Assembly: GCF_023055435.1 (NCBI RefSeq) | Contig: NW_025964334.1 | Coordinates: 38,068,001 to 38,132,000, forward strand | Length of the DNA stretch: 64,000 bases | Source: Haliotis rufescens | Lineage: Eukaryota | Reading direction: 5' to 3' | Shown: piece by piece, positions 52,639 to 64,000 of the stretch | Layout: every line of letters starts with the position of its first letter | Numbering within the stretch: the stretch's first letter is position 1 | Made by a program: the position numbers and the translations under genes | The notes under the pieces: generated by a model | What the model was told of the DNA's origin: nothing | Databases searched by the model: none | What the model saw: the letters and a program-made list of their open reading frames with translations, nothing else

Positions 52639-52941
52639 GGATCCTACCTGACCGCGTACAACAAGGCGTCAGAAACTGCCCGCAGACGTTTCGACAACAG
52701 CCACAAGGGCATTATTTTCCACACGGATATGTTGGTTCAGAGTGACCTAGCCTGGAAACTCACCCAGCTATTGGTTGAAGTCAAGGGGCACGAGCTTCAT
52801 GTGACGGCGATCTCGTACATGACGCCAAACTTAGATACTCTTGGAGAAAGAGCTGGTTTATATTACTGCAAAATACTTCCTCCCGACAGAGCTATAGAAT
52901 GGATTTATGTGGATTCACTGAGATTAAATATGCCGTCCTGA
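52639..52941 (+). CDS. Alpha/beta-hydrolase-like protein, terminal exon 7
   Basis: Acceptor ctatttgcag; ends ...GLYYCKILPPDRAIEWIYVDSLRLNMPS-TGA; total spliced CDS is 1575 nt and uninterrupted. Confidence 0.88.
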   Translation, partial: GSYLTAYNKASETARRRFDNSHKGIIFHTDMLVQSDLAWKLTQLLVEVKGHELHVTAISYMTPNLDTLGERAGLYYCKILPPDRAIEWIYVDSLRLNMPS

Positions 52942-53599
52942 AGTGCCTTGTGAAGCGTTCAGAGTTGACCATGGATGTGTTCGAGCGACGATTCTGGGAA
53001 CAGCTTCAGAAACGTGTTCTAAAAGGGTGTACTTATTGGTGTATGCACCAAGACGAACATGTAAAATGTAGAAGAGGAAACGGTGAAGTTTGGACAGTAT
53101 CTGGTGATGAGAGTGAACAAGTTCAGTGCAAGAACGCGTTGGGTTGGACTGTATAATATACCTCATTCCAAACAGCATTTAAAAGATATTTTACTTTTAT
53201 AAGACACTGCGTTTTTTATCTGCTCAAATGAACATAAACATTATTTATACCTTTCGTATAAATCCCTCAGCATTTCACCTGCTGGAGTTTGGTGTTCACA
53301 GTGTCAGAGTTTGTCATGTGTATTAAAGTCTAGGTAGAAAGAATACGTGGTCTTCTTGGACAGGTCAGTGAGGGTGTAGAGTAGTAGCCAAGTGGTCAAA
53401 GCATTCGCTCGCCGTGCCCACGATCAGGGTTCTATTCTCCACATGGGTACAGTTTGTGATCCTGCCTCGTTCCGCTTTGATGGAAGGTCACATAAAGTCA
53501 CACTCAGTCCACTCGATCACCATAGTCTTGCGGCAATAGGACATATTTTAGATCGATCTATAAAGTCATGGAGAGGATGTTTATTTCTTTATTGCTTAT

Positions 53600-53942
53600 T
53601 CTTTCTGGATTCTGTGTGCTTTCTGGATTCTGCATATTCTTTCTAGATTCAGCATGCTCTTTCTGGATTCTGCATATTCTATCTGGATTCTACATATTCT
53701 TTCTGGATTCAGCATGCTCTTTCTGGATTCTGCATATTCTTTCTGGATTCTACATATTCTTTCTGGATTCTGCATGCTCTTTTAGGATTCTGCATATTCT
53801 TTCTGGATTCTGCGTGTTTTTCCTGGATTCTGCATGCTCTTTCTGGATTCTGCATATTCTTTCTGGATTCTGCATGCTCTTTCTGGTTTCCTCATATTCT
53901 CTCTGGATTCTGCATATTCTTTCTGGATTCTGCATGCTCTTG
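53600..53942. repeat. 20-bp minisatellite (ttctggattctgcat(a/g)(t/c)tct)
   Basis: ~17 units; source of the hydrophobic spurious ORF at 53568. Confidence 0.95.
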
Positions 53943-56900
53943 TCCTATGACCTAGCAATGTTTTAATGCTTCATGGAATGAACATTGTCCATACAAAAGG
54001 CAAATCTTTTCAGCCTGGACAAATGTTCCTTGCTGTTACTACTTGACCTTTGACACAGATACCTTAGTTCCAATATCCATGAGCAGACCGAATTAATAAC
54101 ACCCACAGATTTTATGAAACTTCTATTGTTCAATAACAAAGAAACATTGGTATGAATAACAAGCATTGTTTTCATGAAATTCAGTATGTGATGTACAATT
54201 CTGGAGGTCATTAGAGACATCGTTTTAGAAAATTAGAAGCTTCTATTTGTTAAAACATCACCCATCCTTGACATAATCAAATCCTCCAGATTTGACGGAG
54301 GATGTCTACATTTGTTTACCTCATCATTCTGTAATGAGTGACCTACTGATGCATCTTATCAGTGTTATAAAGTACTTTGTCCCTCTTTAAATCATTCTTC
54401 AGTACCTGACTTTAGAAGAATATATTTCATCAAATCAAGTGCCATACACTTTTTGTGATGCATTAAAAAGCATTTTATTTATTGCTTGTTGTCTTTTTTT
54501 AACAAATGAATGCATAAATGTTGTAGCTGAACAAAATTGTAAGATTATGTAGAGAATTGAGTAGAACTCTATTAAAATGTTGAAGCACTTTCATAATAAA
54601 TCAGAGTTTTTTTTCTTTGCTCGTCAGTCATCTGTTACTCCAGAAACATTAATCAAAAGCAAGAACTGAGTTGGCATGTCTTGAGTTAAACCAATTACCA
54701 ACAACCACGAGAACAAGACTTGTGAACACTTTATTGGGGGAAGTAGCAAAACCATGGTGTTCCTGTTGGATGTAGATCAGTGCAACATTGAGACCTAGTG
54801 CCATGGGATGGTTACAATGATACTAGTAGTCATCATGATCAGCAGCTGTGACTCTTTGTAAAAACAACAAACACCACAGTGATTTATTTGCTTATAAACT
54901 GCTTTATATTCTGTCTAACAAGTGATTGTAAGACAGATCCATAACAGTGCCATGATAGTGTAACACAGGTGACATGTCAAGGCTCTCGCAGAGCAGCATC
55001 AGGTCACAGTTCAAGTTCCTGACAGGACCAAGTAACAGTAGAGGCAAGATGCTCATGTCATGCTCAACATCAAAACCTAGGATAAAACAAATCATGTCAC
55101 AGTCAATGTTGTCTTGTGCCTTGAAACCTCAATGTAATGTGGGTCAAAACACATACAGCAACGTAATAGCTAAAGACTTGCAGCAAATAGGAATCGACTA
55201 ATGTCAAGCATTTACATATCAAGGCAATGTTGACCTGGTAGATTATTTTCCAACATCAAAGGGCTTCTAAGATTTCTTGTATGGTTGTAGTTTTGTGCAG
55301 ATCTGACCAAAGACACCCTGTTGGGCGCAATAAAGAAAGTACATTCAATGAACGTCATTTCTTACATTCTGAGGCTATTGTTGTGATAATGCCCATAGCA
55401 AAATTCAAATCTACATAAGTCCTAGTTTCTCCCAACTGAACTGCAGTTGCAAAACCAACAGCCCAGAAAGTGTCAGTGTGTAAAACCAACAGCCCAGAAG
55501 GTGTCAATTTGTAAGAAATTAACTCATTAGAAGTAATCAACATTTTTATCAGGGACTGTGTTAATTTGGTTTTCATGACAACCCTTCTCTTTGCCTTCAG
55601 ATGCATATTCTTCCTCTGTCAAAAATCTTTTCATCAACAAAGACACAATGCAGAAAATTATAATTTTTCAGATAGTCAAAGATTTCGAATACAAGCAGGA
55701 CTACCCATTCTTTCCTCCAAGCAGCTCCTATTCTGTAATCTCTAAGTGTGCATGCGTTCAACACCATATATACACTTATCAGACCAAACATAATATTGCA
55801 AAGATGTGACGGAAGATGCTGATGATGTGGCATCAGTTGTGGACAGGACCTGCTCAGACAGAAAATGCAGCTACAGAATAAACTTAAAGAACTAGGTAAT
55901 GACTTGCTAGTGTGGAATACATATTAACTTCTAACGTCTTGCAACTTACATATGCACTGACCATGTAAAGTGTAACAATGATATTGGTAGCTTCATTTGT
56001 TATTATAAGATGTTTTCAGATGATGAGGTTAGGGAGCTGAATGTCAACAGTTCTCCAAATTCATCTGACACTGAGGAACTAATCCATTGCTTCTACAAAA
56101 TTGAGACTGGCACATGTACATACTTGTTACACATCAATCATTTCTCTGAAACTACAGGTCATGAATGTTCATAAATTGAGCAACACTGGAGGGTTGGAAG
56201 CATTGAGTAGAGAGATCAATGAATTATGTTCCATGTTGACTTAGAACTGATGTCCACTGCATGTCCTTTACACAGGCTATTTCTATATATAACCAAGGCT
56301 AATAAAACAATAGCATTAGCCTTGGTACGATGAAGGGAAAGGATACATGACCAAATGTTCTTGGAACATGATGAAGTCACCTCTGTTCCGATAGGTTCTG
56401 ACACAATAACAAGTAAATATAAATAGATATTTCTTTTATACAAGAAACAAACAATGAGCATAATTGTACATACTGGGTATCTGGATTAATACTTAGAGCT
56501 TGGGTAGAAATAATGGGAATATAGATGGTGGACCTTCATGTCAACATTCTGGCTTCTTGCCAACAGTTTTTTTTTCTAAAAAAATACAAGAAACTTGTCA
56601 AGAAAACGGCTTCTGTTCATATGCAGATGAACCAGGGAGAACTTTCAAAAACTGCAAGTGACGAATGATAGAATAAAAGATGCTACATAAAGTCAACAAA
56701 ATAAGACAATGAATAAGGAAGGCAGAAAACATAGCTTGCATACTCAAAGTGCACTACATTGGTTTCTTGAACTATATATCACTGCATATCATGATGAATA
56801 GAAAGTACTATCAGTATAACTGAAACATTATACCACTTCTAAATTAAACTTCACATGTTCATTACAGAATGCTCAAAAGTCGAGACATAAGGTTCTATGC

Positions 56901-58702
56901 AGAGTTTGGTCACATGAAGTTTTTCACTGAAAACATACAACTATAAATTAATTCTCTTTAGTATTATTCTACATGAAAGTATCAGTTTTCTCCAAACCAA
57001 AGGCCTTATCTGTCCAAACTATTACAAACAGTGTCCATCATTGATGACATCATTACGAGCATTCAGGGCAGCTTTTCTTCCTCAAGATGAGAACAGTGTC
57101 AAACAAATAGGCAATAAAATAGTTTACTGCCTCCACATTTCGCCAAAGCATTGCCTGGTAACCATTTGTTAACATTTCAGCACAACTTCTCAATTCTTTT
57201 CACAGTAATTGTACTTTCTTATACATGTATGCAAATGTTGGCTACATGTAAAAACAGTTGACCTGTGTCTCAAAGCTTTGAACTCTGTCATTTGAGATTA
57301 AATATGTTGCCTAAATGAAATAGCAATGAACCGATCTATAGTTGCTGGAAACAAACAACTCTCTGGGAAACCAGTAAAGGTCCATGAACTAGGGTTTCAA
57401 ATAAAGAAGTCACTTGAAGGATACTAATGTTAGGAAAACAAACGATCACAAGCATATGGTTTCAAGACCACATGTTACAGCAATCCTTCCTGGTAATCTG
57501 TAGGTGAGTACATTAAAACTATTTATTGAAGTTTATTCTTCTGTACCCCCTATTACTGACAAATGACTATTGACTGCTTGGTCAAACCAATGACACCCAG
57601 TGAAGCTTTCTTGAAACAATAGTTTGCATGAACCAAAACATCAACATGTTGCTCACTTGACATGCTACATGGTGCCTCTTGTGACAATTAGAATAGAGAG
57701 ACACAATAACCATCTGAAGCTTTCATATACAAAGTAAGTTACAGGAAAATACCATATTTAAATGAGATAAGCACAATATACAGTAGATTTAGGCAACAAC
57801 TTACACTACTTTCCTGGAGAATATTATGTCCAAGTATTCACCTCAAGAATCAGAAACAAAACTTCTATCAATGTTCATTTCTTAACAACAACTGCTCAAA
57901 CTGAACTTCTACAAATTTGTTAAGTTGTTAGGACGGACAAATGAAATTTAACAATTTATTTGCAAACAAGGAGTTTCCTGTTTAATTGCAGGAAGGTCGT
58001 CTTGGGCAGTACATAAAATTCTGTACAAAGATCTTGAAGATCTCCATGTAGTCTGTCCTACAGACCCTGAAACAAACATATCCAATACAGCCCATGCAAG
58101 TCTATAATAGTGGGCAAGTCTACATTACTGCAGTTTCAGCAAATGAAGCGAGCCTCTGGGCCTCTCTTTATTTCCTATCATAGCTATAATCTAACAACAG
58201 TTTAAAATATGTTCATTTCAGAGACTAGATGTTAGTCTTGGTCTCCTGGGTGTAATGACTGTAAGGAAATGGGCAATCATAATAAAAGAGGGAGGGCCAG
58301 ATATTCTGAATGTCCATAATCGTCTTGTCTTGTTTTCAATTCCTTGACCTGAAGTTCCAAAGTAGCTAACAATCATGAACATTACATAATTGGTTTATTA
58401 AGGTAAAACCCTCAGGAATTTCTTCATAGTGACCTCCCCTAACAAATAACCGGTGCCTGTTGTAACTTGATATCCAAGTTGTCATTTAACATACAGAAAT
58501 ATCAACGTACAGCCAAGTCTAGCCAACATGAAACAGAGCAACTAAATACCAAGCTAATTACAAAGAAAAGTAACTATTTCAATTTACTGCTTTCGTTTAC
58601 GGTATACAAATGACGTCTTTCTAATCTGTTAGAGAAAACCTGGAATGGCTACCACCCTCAGTTGCCACTGGAAATGCAGCAATTGTAGAATGTTGAGGTA
58701 TA

Positions 58703-58790
58703 TATACAACTCAAAAGAAGTTAAGAACTCTTTCATATTACTAGTTATATGAAATAATCAGGTGGCCCTTAACTTCTTTTGAGTAGTATA
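58703..58790. mobile_element. Mini Tc1/mariner-type MITE
   Basis: TIR actcaaaagaagttaag / cttaacttcttttgagt in TA context; related element at 44556-44651. Confidence 0.65.
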
Positions 58791-61379
58791 TGTTTCCATG
58801 GATGGTTCACCCTTTTGTTTATTGTACAGTGACTTTTTCTGCCCCTTTAGGGTATTTGGGTATAAACATTTTGCACTTATGTAAGACTTATTCAAAAAAT
58901 AATTGTTGATGCTTATTTTGTTGTGAGGAGCATATATATAATCAAATTTTAAACAAAACTGAAATAAATAGTTTTGAAATATTTTCCCTCTAACCTCAAA
59001 ATAAAATTAAAGAAGAAAAATTTGGTCATCATTGTCAACGAATGTTTGCAGATCAATTAGCAAAACAATGACAGTACACATACCCATTCATATTCAATTT
59101 CCATTCAAATACACCCCATGGAATCTGTTTCGGCACATAATCAAGACTGATTATTGTCTGGTGTTGACTTTTCATATTTACCAATAGCTCATTAAAGTAT
59201 TTAATAGTCCTATCTGTAAAAAAAGAGTCTCTTTTCATGTGGCATTTCGAAGCTGAAATATCAAAGAAGACAGAATTGGCCTGAAGATTTCAACTTCTTG
59301 TTTTATTATGATAATTTGATGGAACATTTCAGATACTGCTTGGATGAATATGGTACAAGTATATGCAGCCTTTAACAAAAACTATTGTAACTTTGTAACA
59401 ATATAAAAAAAAAGTTGAAATTGGTCTGTTTAGTTATTTGCATGCATGTTTAAGATCTAAATAAAGCTTGTTACTTTTGTTGAGACATAATTAAAACAAT
59501 AACCATCTCAGAAGTTGAATAAACAGACTTGCACCTCCTCTCATGTATGAACTCAAAGAACACTTTTTCTACGTGGACTCACCAATCAAATTTAATTATG
59601 ACCAAGAACCCTTTCATGACAACTGAACTGACAAAACTAGTTTCCTACCAACAACTTTGACATAATCATTCTCATAAATCCCTAACAACTTATTCTATTG
59701 GAAACAAAAACAAAGACTTCATATGGCATCCAGTTGATTGCACAGCCCGATATCAAGCAGGTAATGTAACATGCTACAAAAGTACTGATTTCCTAACCCC
59801 CGACTGAGGTTCAGTATATACATAACTTCCAATGACTATGTACAATGAATGAACACATTGGTACTCTAGAAATTGCAAAATGATGAACTGTTCAATTTCA
59901 ACCTTGCTTCATGGCTATTTACATCTTGCAGCGAGTCGATGCACTGCATGTAAACTAATCCCCTGTACTGTTCACAAAATACAACAACAGTGACAAATAA
60001 AGGTTGCACATTTTCCATAATGTCTAACAGTGTAATATGTTCTCTGGTATGCAGTAACTCTGCATTAGAAGGAAATAAGTGTAAATATTTTTTTTAAACT
60101 TCAAATTACTCATACTGAAATTAGAAGTCTATATTTACAAACAACTTTAACTGAAACATATGTATAATTTACATTACTAGGCCCCATTCCACAAAGAGAT
60201 CTTAGTGCTAAGTCAATCTTAACTCCATTGCTTTATAGGGCAACTGAATACATAAGTCAACGTCTGGGAGATAAAAAGTCATAATATTTGCAGAAAGTGC
60301 TGAAATCACACGCTCTGTAACTGGCTTCCAAAACAAACCTGTTTGGGGGCGTGGCCTAAAGCTGGTGGTGCAGCGGTGACAACTGTTTCCCTGGGCCCTG
60401 TTCCACAAAATAAATGCCTGTCAGGGATTAATTCCCTCAGTAAACAACTCAAGGCATCTTCAATGTTGTTAATAAGGTGACACAAGTTGTGGATACGGTA
60501 ATCAAATGAATGAGCAGACAGAAAAAAGACAATGTATTACAGAATCCGAGGCAGAAGCAGGCAGACTAGGTATCGACCTGATTGTCATGATCATTGAAAT
60601 GAGCACGTCAAACACTCAGAACCCGTTTTACCTCCAAAAAGGGGAATCCCCTTAAAGGAGAAATTTTTCGTTTGGGGGACGATTTTGTGTGTTGTTTTTT
60701 AAGGTCTTTTTTTCTATTTTTGCGCTTATCAAATTTCATTTTAGGCAAGCGTTTGTGATTAAGTATGCTCTAAAGTATTAAAATCCGCAAAGTCGCTATG
60801 TTGACATTACATGGCCTTTAACATAGGCTTGTGATTATCGTAGCGCTAGGATCGCTTTGTGTAACAGGACCAAGGTTATTTAGTGCTTATTTGCATCAGT
60901 GGAACAGCAGTTCCTTTAAACCTGAAGTAAATATAACATTAATTGCAGCAAGTGGGGGACAAGGTAATTTGATTTATAAAAAATAATGTGTCTCAAAAGA
61001 TTTTATTCCAAATCACAATTTTCAGATGACTTCAGTCATGAGACGATTAAGTAATCACAGAAAATAAGTAGACATAACATAGCTTATCCTATTTCAATGA
61101 TGATAACATTTAGCTATACAACAATTATCTAAATCAATTGCATTTTCACATCAAAAACAAATATCATTTTCTATAATCAAAATTGATCACTGATGCCACG
61201 TGGCAGAGAGAAAATATTTACATCATTCATGTCACTGTCAGTCATGAAACAGCAACATCATGTCAGACAATTACCCCATCATCTGACAAGGGCACATTGT
61301 CAACAATTCTGGAAAAAGAGCATATTGAGGGTATGGATACAAAGTCAAGGTTCCTGTTCCTGTTGGGACAGACAAGTGC

Positions 61380-61620
61380 ATGTCATGACTATGTATAGCT
61401 TGTCAATAACACGTCAATAGCATGTATATTACATGTTTGTATTGGACATCAATACAATGTAGAAATGTGTATGTCATGACTATGTATAACACGTCAATAG
61501 CATGTATATTACGTTTGTATTGTATGTTAATACAATGTAGAAATGTGTATGTCATGACTATGTATAACACGTCAATAGCATGTATATTACATGTTTGTAT
61601 TTTACATTAATACAATGTAG
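61380..61620. repeat. ~78-bp tandem repeat, 3 copies
   Basis: atgtcatgactatgtata...aatacaatgtag recurs at 61380, 61471 and 61549. Confidence 0.85.
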
Positions 61621-62307
61621 ATGATGATCAAAGACTTGGTTATACACACCTGTGTCATAACTGTTCATGATTCACGGTCATGTACATAACATGTCAATAT
61701 CTTATTTATAACCCAATGCATTGTCCAGATATAATACATGCCAATATCACACATCATCATGTGAATACTTGTATATTTCACACCGATATCATGTATACAA
61801 AATGTTGATCACATCAAATTCATGAATATTGCATGAAATGCATATTCCACACCAACATCATATATAACCCATGTCATTATGATATATATTCCATATCAGT
61901 AACATGGCAATAACACACCTCTATTCAAACCTGACATACACATGAACCTGCATCACAGTTGATTAAATAAATGTACATATACTTTCTAATCACAGATTCT
62001 ATGCCCCTGCTCGACTGATTCTGTCTTTGTCTTGTTTAGCTGAGGTATTCCATTTCTTTCTGGTCGGGACTGTTGGTGTCTGTTTCCCTCCATGCTTGTC
62101 AAACAAAGAGAGTAAGGCAGCTTATTTGGTGTAAACTCCTGACAGTTGACTTGAGGGCTGCTGAAATAGACACAAATCCTTGTCGTTAAGGAATATCATT
62201 GGTTATACATTACAATATTTTTATCTTGAGTGAATGAGTTTTTGGTCATCAGTTCCACTGGGAGGCAGAAGTATGGACACGGAAATGACGTTCACCATCT
62301 TCTAGAA

Positions 62308-62568
62308 CGTTTGTTTGTTGTTTAATGCCGCACTCAGCAACATTCCAGCTATATGATGGCGGTCTTTAAATAATTGAGTCTGGACCAGAGAATCCAGTGA
62401 TTGACATCATAAGCATCGATCCACGCAATTGGGATCGATGACATACATCAACCAAGTCAGGGAGCCTGACCACCCGATCCCGTTAGTTGCCTCTTATGAC
62501 AAGCATAGTCGCCTTTTACGGAAAGCATGGGTTGCTGAAGACCTATTCTACCCTGGATCTACAGGGCC
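62308..62568 (-). mobile_element. SINE family A, full length, CpG-decayed
   Basis: TSD cttctagaa; multiple CG>TG changes relative to other copies. Confidence 0.9.
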
Positions 62569-63125
62569 CTTCTAGAAAGTAATGTGACCAATATCTACAT
62601 GTCCTAAAGGTAAAGACAACTTGGCTGGAATCTTATAGGAGCGATATTTCAAGAATAGCATATTTCTTCAAATCAAGAACACAACAATGAGATGCAAGAG
62701 TTGATTACAAGATCTAAAAAATGGTCTGGTCTAAAAATCATTTTGCAGATATTTTATTTTCAGAGAATCTTTCACTTGTTGTGCATGGTATTTTCTCGAC
62801 TGTGATCCACAACCAGAATGTAGTACGTTAGCACGGCCCCTCACGACCTCATCTGTAGCTACTGGCTGTCAAACCTGCATCCCACTGATGTACAGCTTAC
62901 TGGGGCTGGTTATCACCTTGAATATTCATATCAATAATCAGAAATTGATTATAAAAACTAATGTTGTTTTACATATGACCACTGTATATGCTACTTGCTT
63001 GACAGCCGGCTTAGCCTACAACTAGTGGTGGAGTAATTGATTAAATAATCGGTCAATTGATAGATCTGGAGAATGTCAGCGATTATGGATGGTCTCGAGG
63101 GACTAATCGATGTTCATAAAAATGA

Positions 63126-63184
63126 ACGTCGCTATATAAGTGCAATAATCTTGGACGCGACGTTAAACCCAATTTCACCTCACC
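63126..63184 (+). mobile_element. Extremely 5'-truncated family C (or partner LINE) tail insertion
   Basis: 59-bp tail only, flanked by 12-bp TSD tcataaaaatga. Confidence 0.8.
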
Positions 63185-63843
63185 TCATAAAAATGACCTT
63201 GTGAAACATAAAAATAAACATTAAAAATTATTTTTTTATTGTTATGTTTTTAAATCAAGACAAAATCAGCTGAAATAATTTCCTGGTTCGTAAACTGCAA
63301 TGTAAACAACAGAGATACTCGCGCCACAAACTGGAAGTGGTAAAGGATAGAAGTGCAGGAATGTCCATGTCATCCAAGCTGAGGGAACCACTGAATAGGT
63401 CTAAATATAGGAGGATGTTTTCCATGTGGGTGTGACTACAAATCTAGTTCTGACGTAACATGCGTAAAAAAAGTTGCGTAAAACTAAACTGAATAAGATT
63501 TTTTATTTCCTTGGTTGGGCAAAGATTGAGGTCGGGAAACAACTTGGTTTTTACAGTCAAACCCCTGATGTAGACTATGTTGAATTGCAATGCAGTGATC
63601 AAATATTGCAGCAACACTACGCATTTAAAAAATCATGTAGATAAGATCCACCCTAAAAACCCTCCAAAATCTTCAACACAAGCTAGGATTTCTACTTCAT
63701 TGTAAATCTTAACAACAAAACTTATCAATCAAAGACCCCTAAAGCACAGAAAATAACATGATCAATTGCCATATTCATCGTCAAAGACATGAAACCAGTA
63801 TCCATTGTTGAATCAGAGTCACTCAGGCATGTGTCAGATGCTG

Positions 63844-63935
63844 CAACGGAATGTCAATATTCTGTCCCAAGCAATACAACGAAATGTCAATATTCTGTCC
63901 CAAGCAGATACAACGGAATGTCAATATTCTGTCCC
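63844..63935. repeat. ~33-bp tandem repeat, 3 copies
   Basis: caacg(g/a)aatgtcaatattctgtccc. Confidence 0.85.
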
Positions 63936-64000
63936 CAGCTGTCACTACTTCAAAGAAAAGGTTATTCTGTTTATGTATTGACCAAAATACAGGTTGATGA

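Larger units (their letters stand above)
53950..64000 (-). other. Probable 3' portion of an unidentified minus-strand gene (long UTR-like tract plus candidate short exons)
   Basis: CpG depletion, near absence of SINEs, minus-strand acceptor-like sites before 62160, 60921 and 58066, and minus-strand AATAAA near 54475; no recognisable protein. Confidence 0.35.

Noticed and set aside
53568-53966. Hydrophobic multi-TM-looking ORF
   Set aside because: Product of the 20-bp minisatellite
56790-56825. Box C/D-like ATGATGA...CTGA
   Set aside because: Too short, no terminal stem, and on the strand opposite the inferred host gene

Overview
Eukaryotic, repeat-rich genomic DNA, most likely from a mollusc; the SINE complement suggests a vetigastropod such as abalone (inference). 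One multi-exon protein-coding gene can be assembled on the + strand: join(15010..15283, 46054..46236, 46870..47044, 48329..48611, 49303..49416, 50133..50375, 52639..52941), 524 aa, with a ~30.8 kb first intron. It encodes a secreted or membrane-anchored alpha/beta-hydrolase-fold protein whose nucleophile elbow reads G-H-G-R-G-G instead of G-H-S-x-G-G, so it is probably a pseudoenzyme. Most other ORFs in the supplied track are repeat artefacts. Interspersed repeats include four SINE families with related 3' tails: a tRNA-less Meta/MESC-like family with a predicted 5' pseudoknot, a tRNA-Asp-like family, a V-domain family and a tRNA-Leu/Ser-like family. Also present are Penelope-like retroelement 3' fragments, IS3EU-like foldback MITEs, AcademH-like MITEs carrying RecQ helicase relics, Tc1/mariner MITEs, a Crypton-like palindrome and several minisatellites. 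From ~53.9 kb to the end the DNA is CpG-poor and SINE-poor, suggesting the methylated 3' part of an unidentified minus-strand gene. No CRISPR array, rRNA or intact tRNA gene was found.
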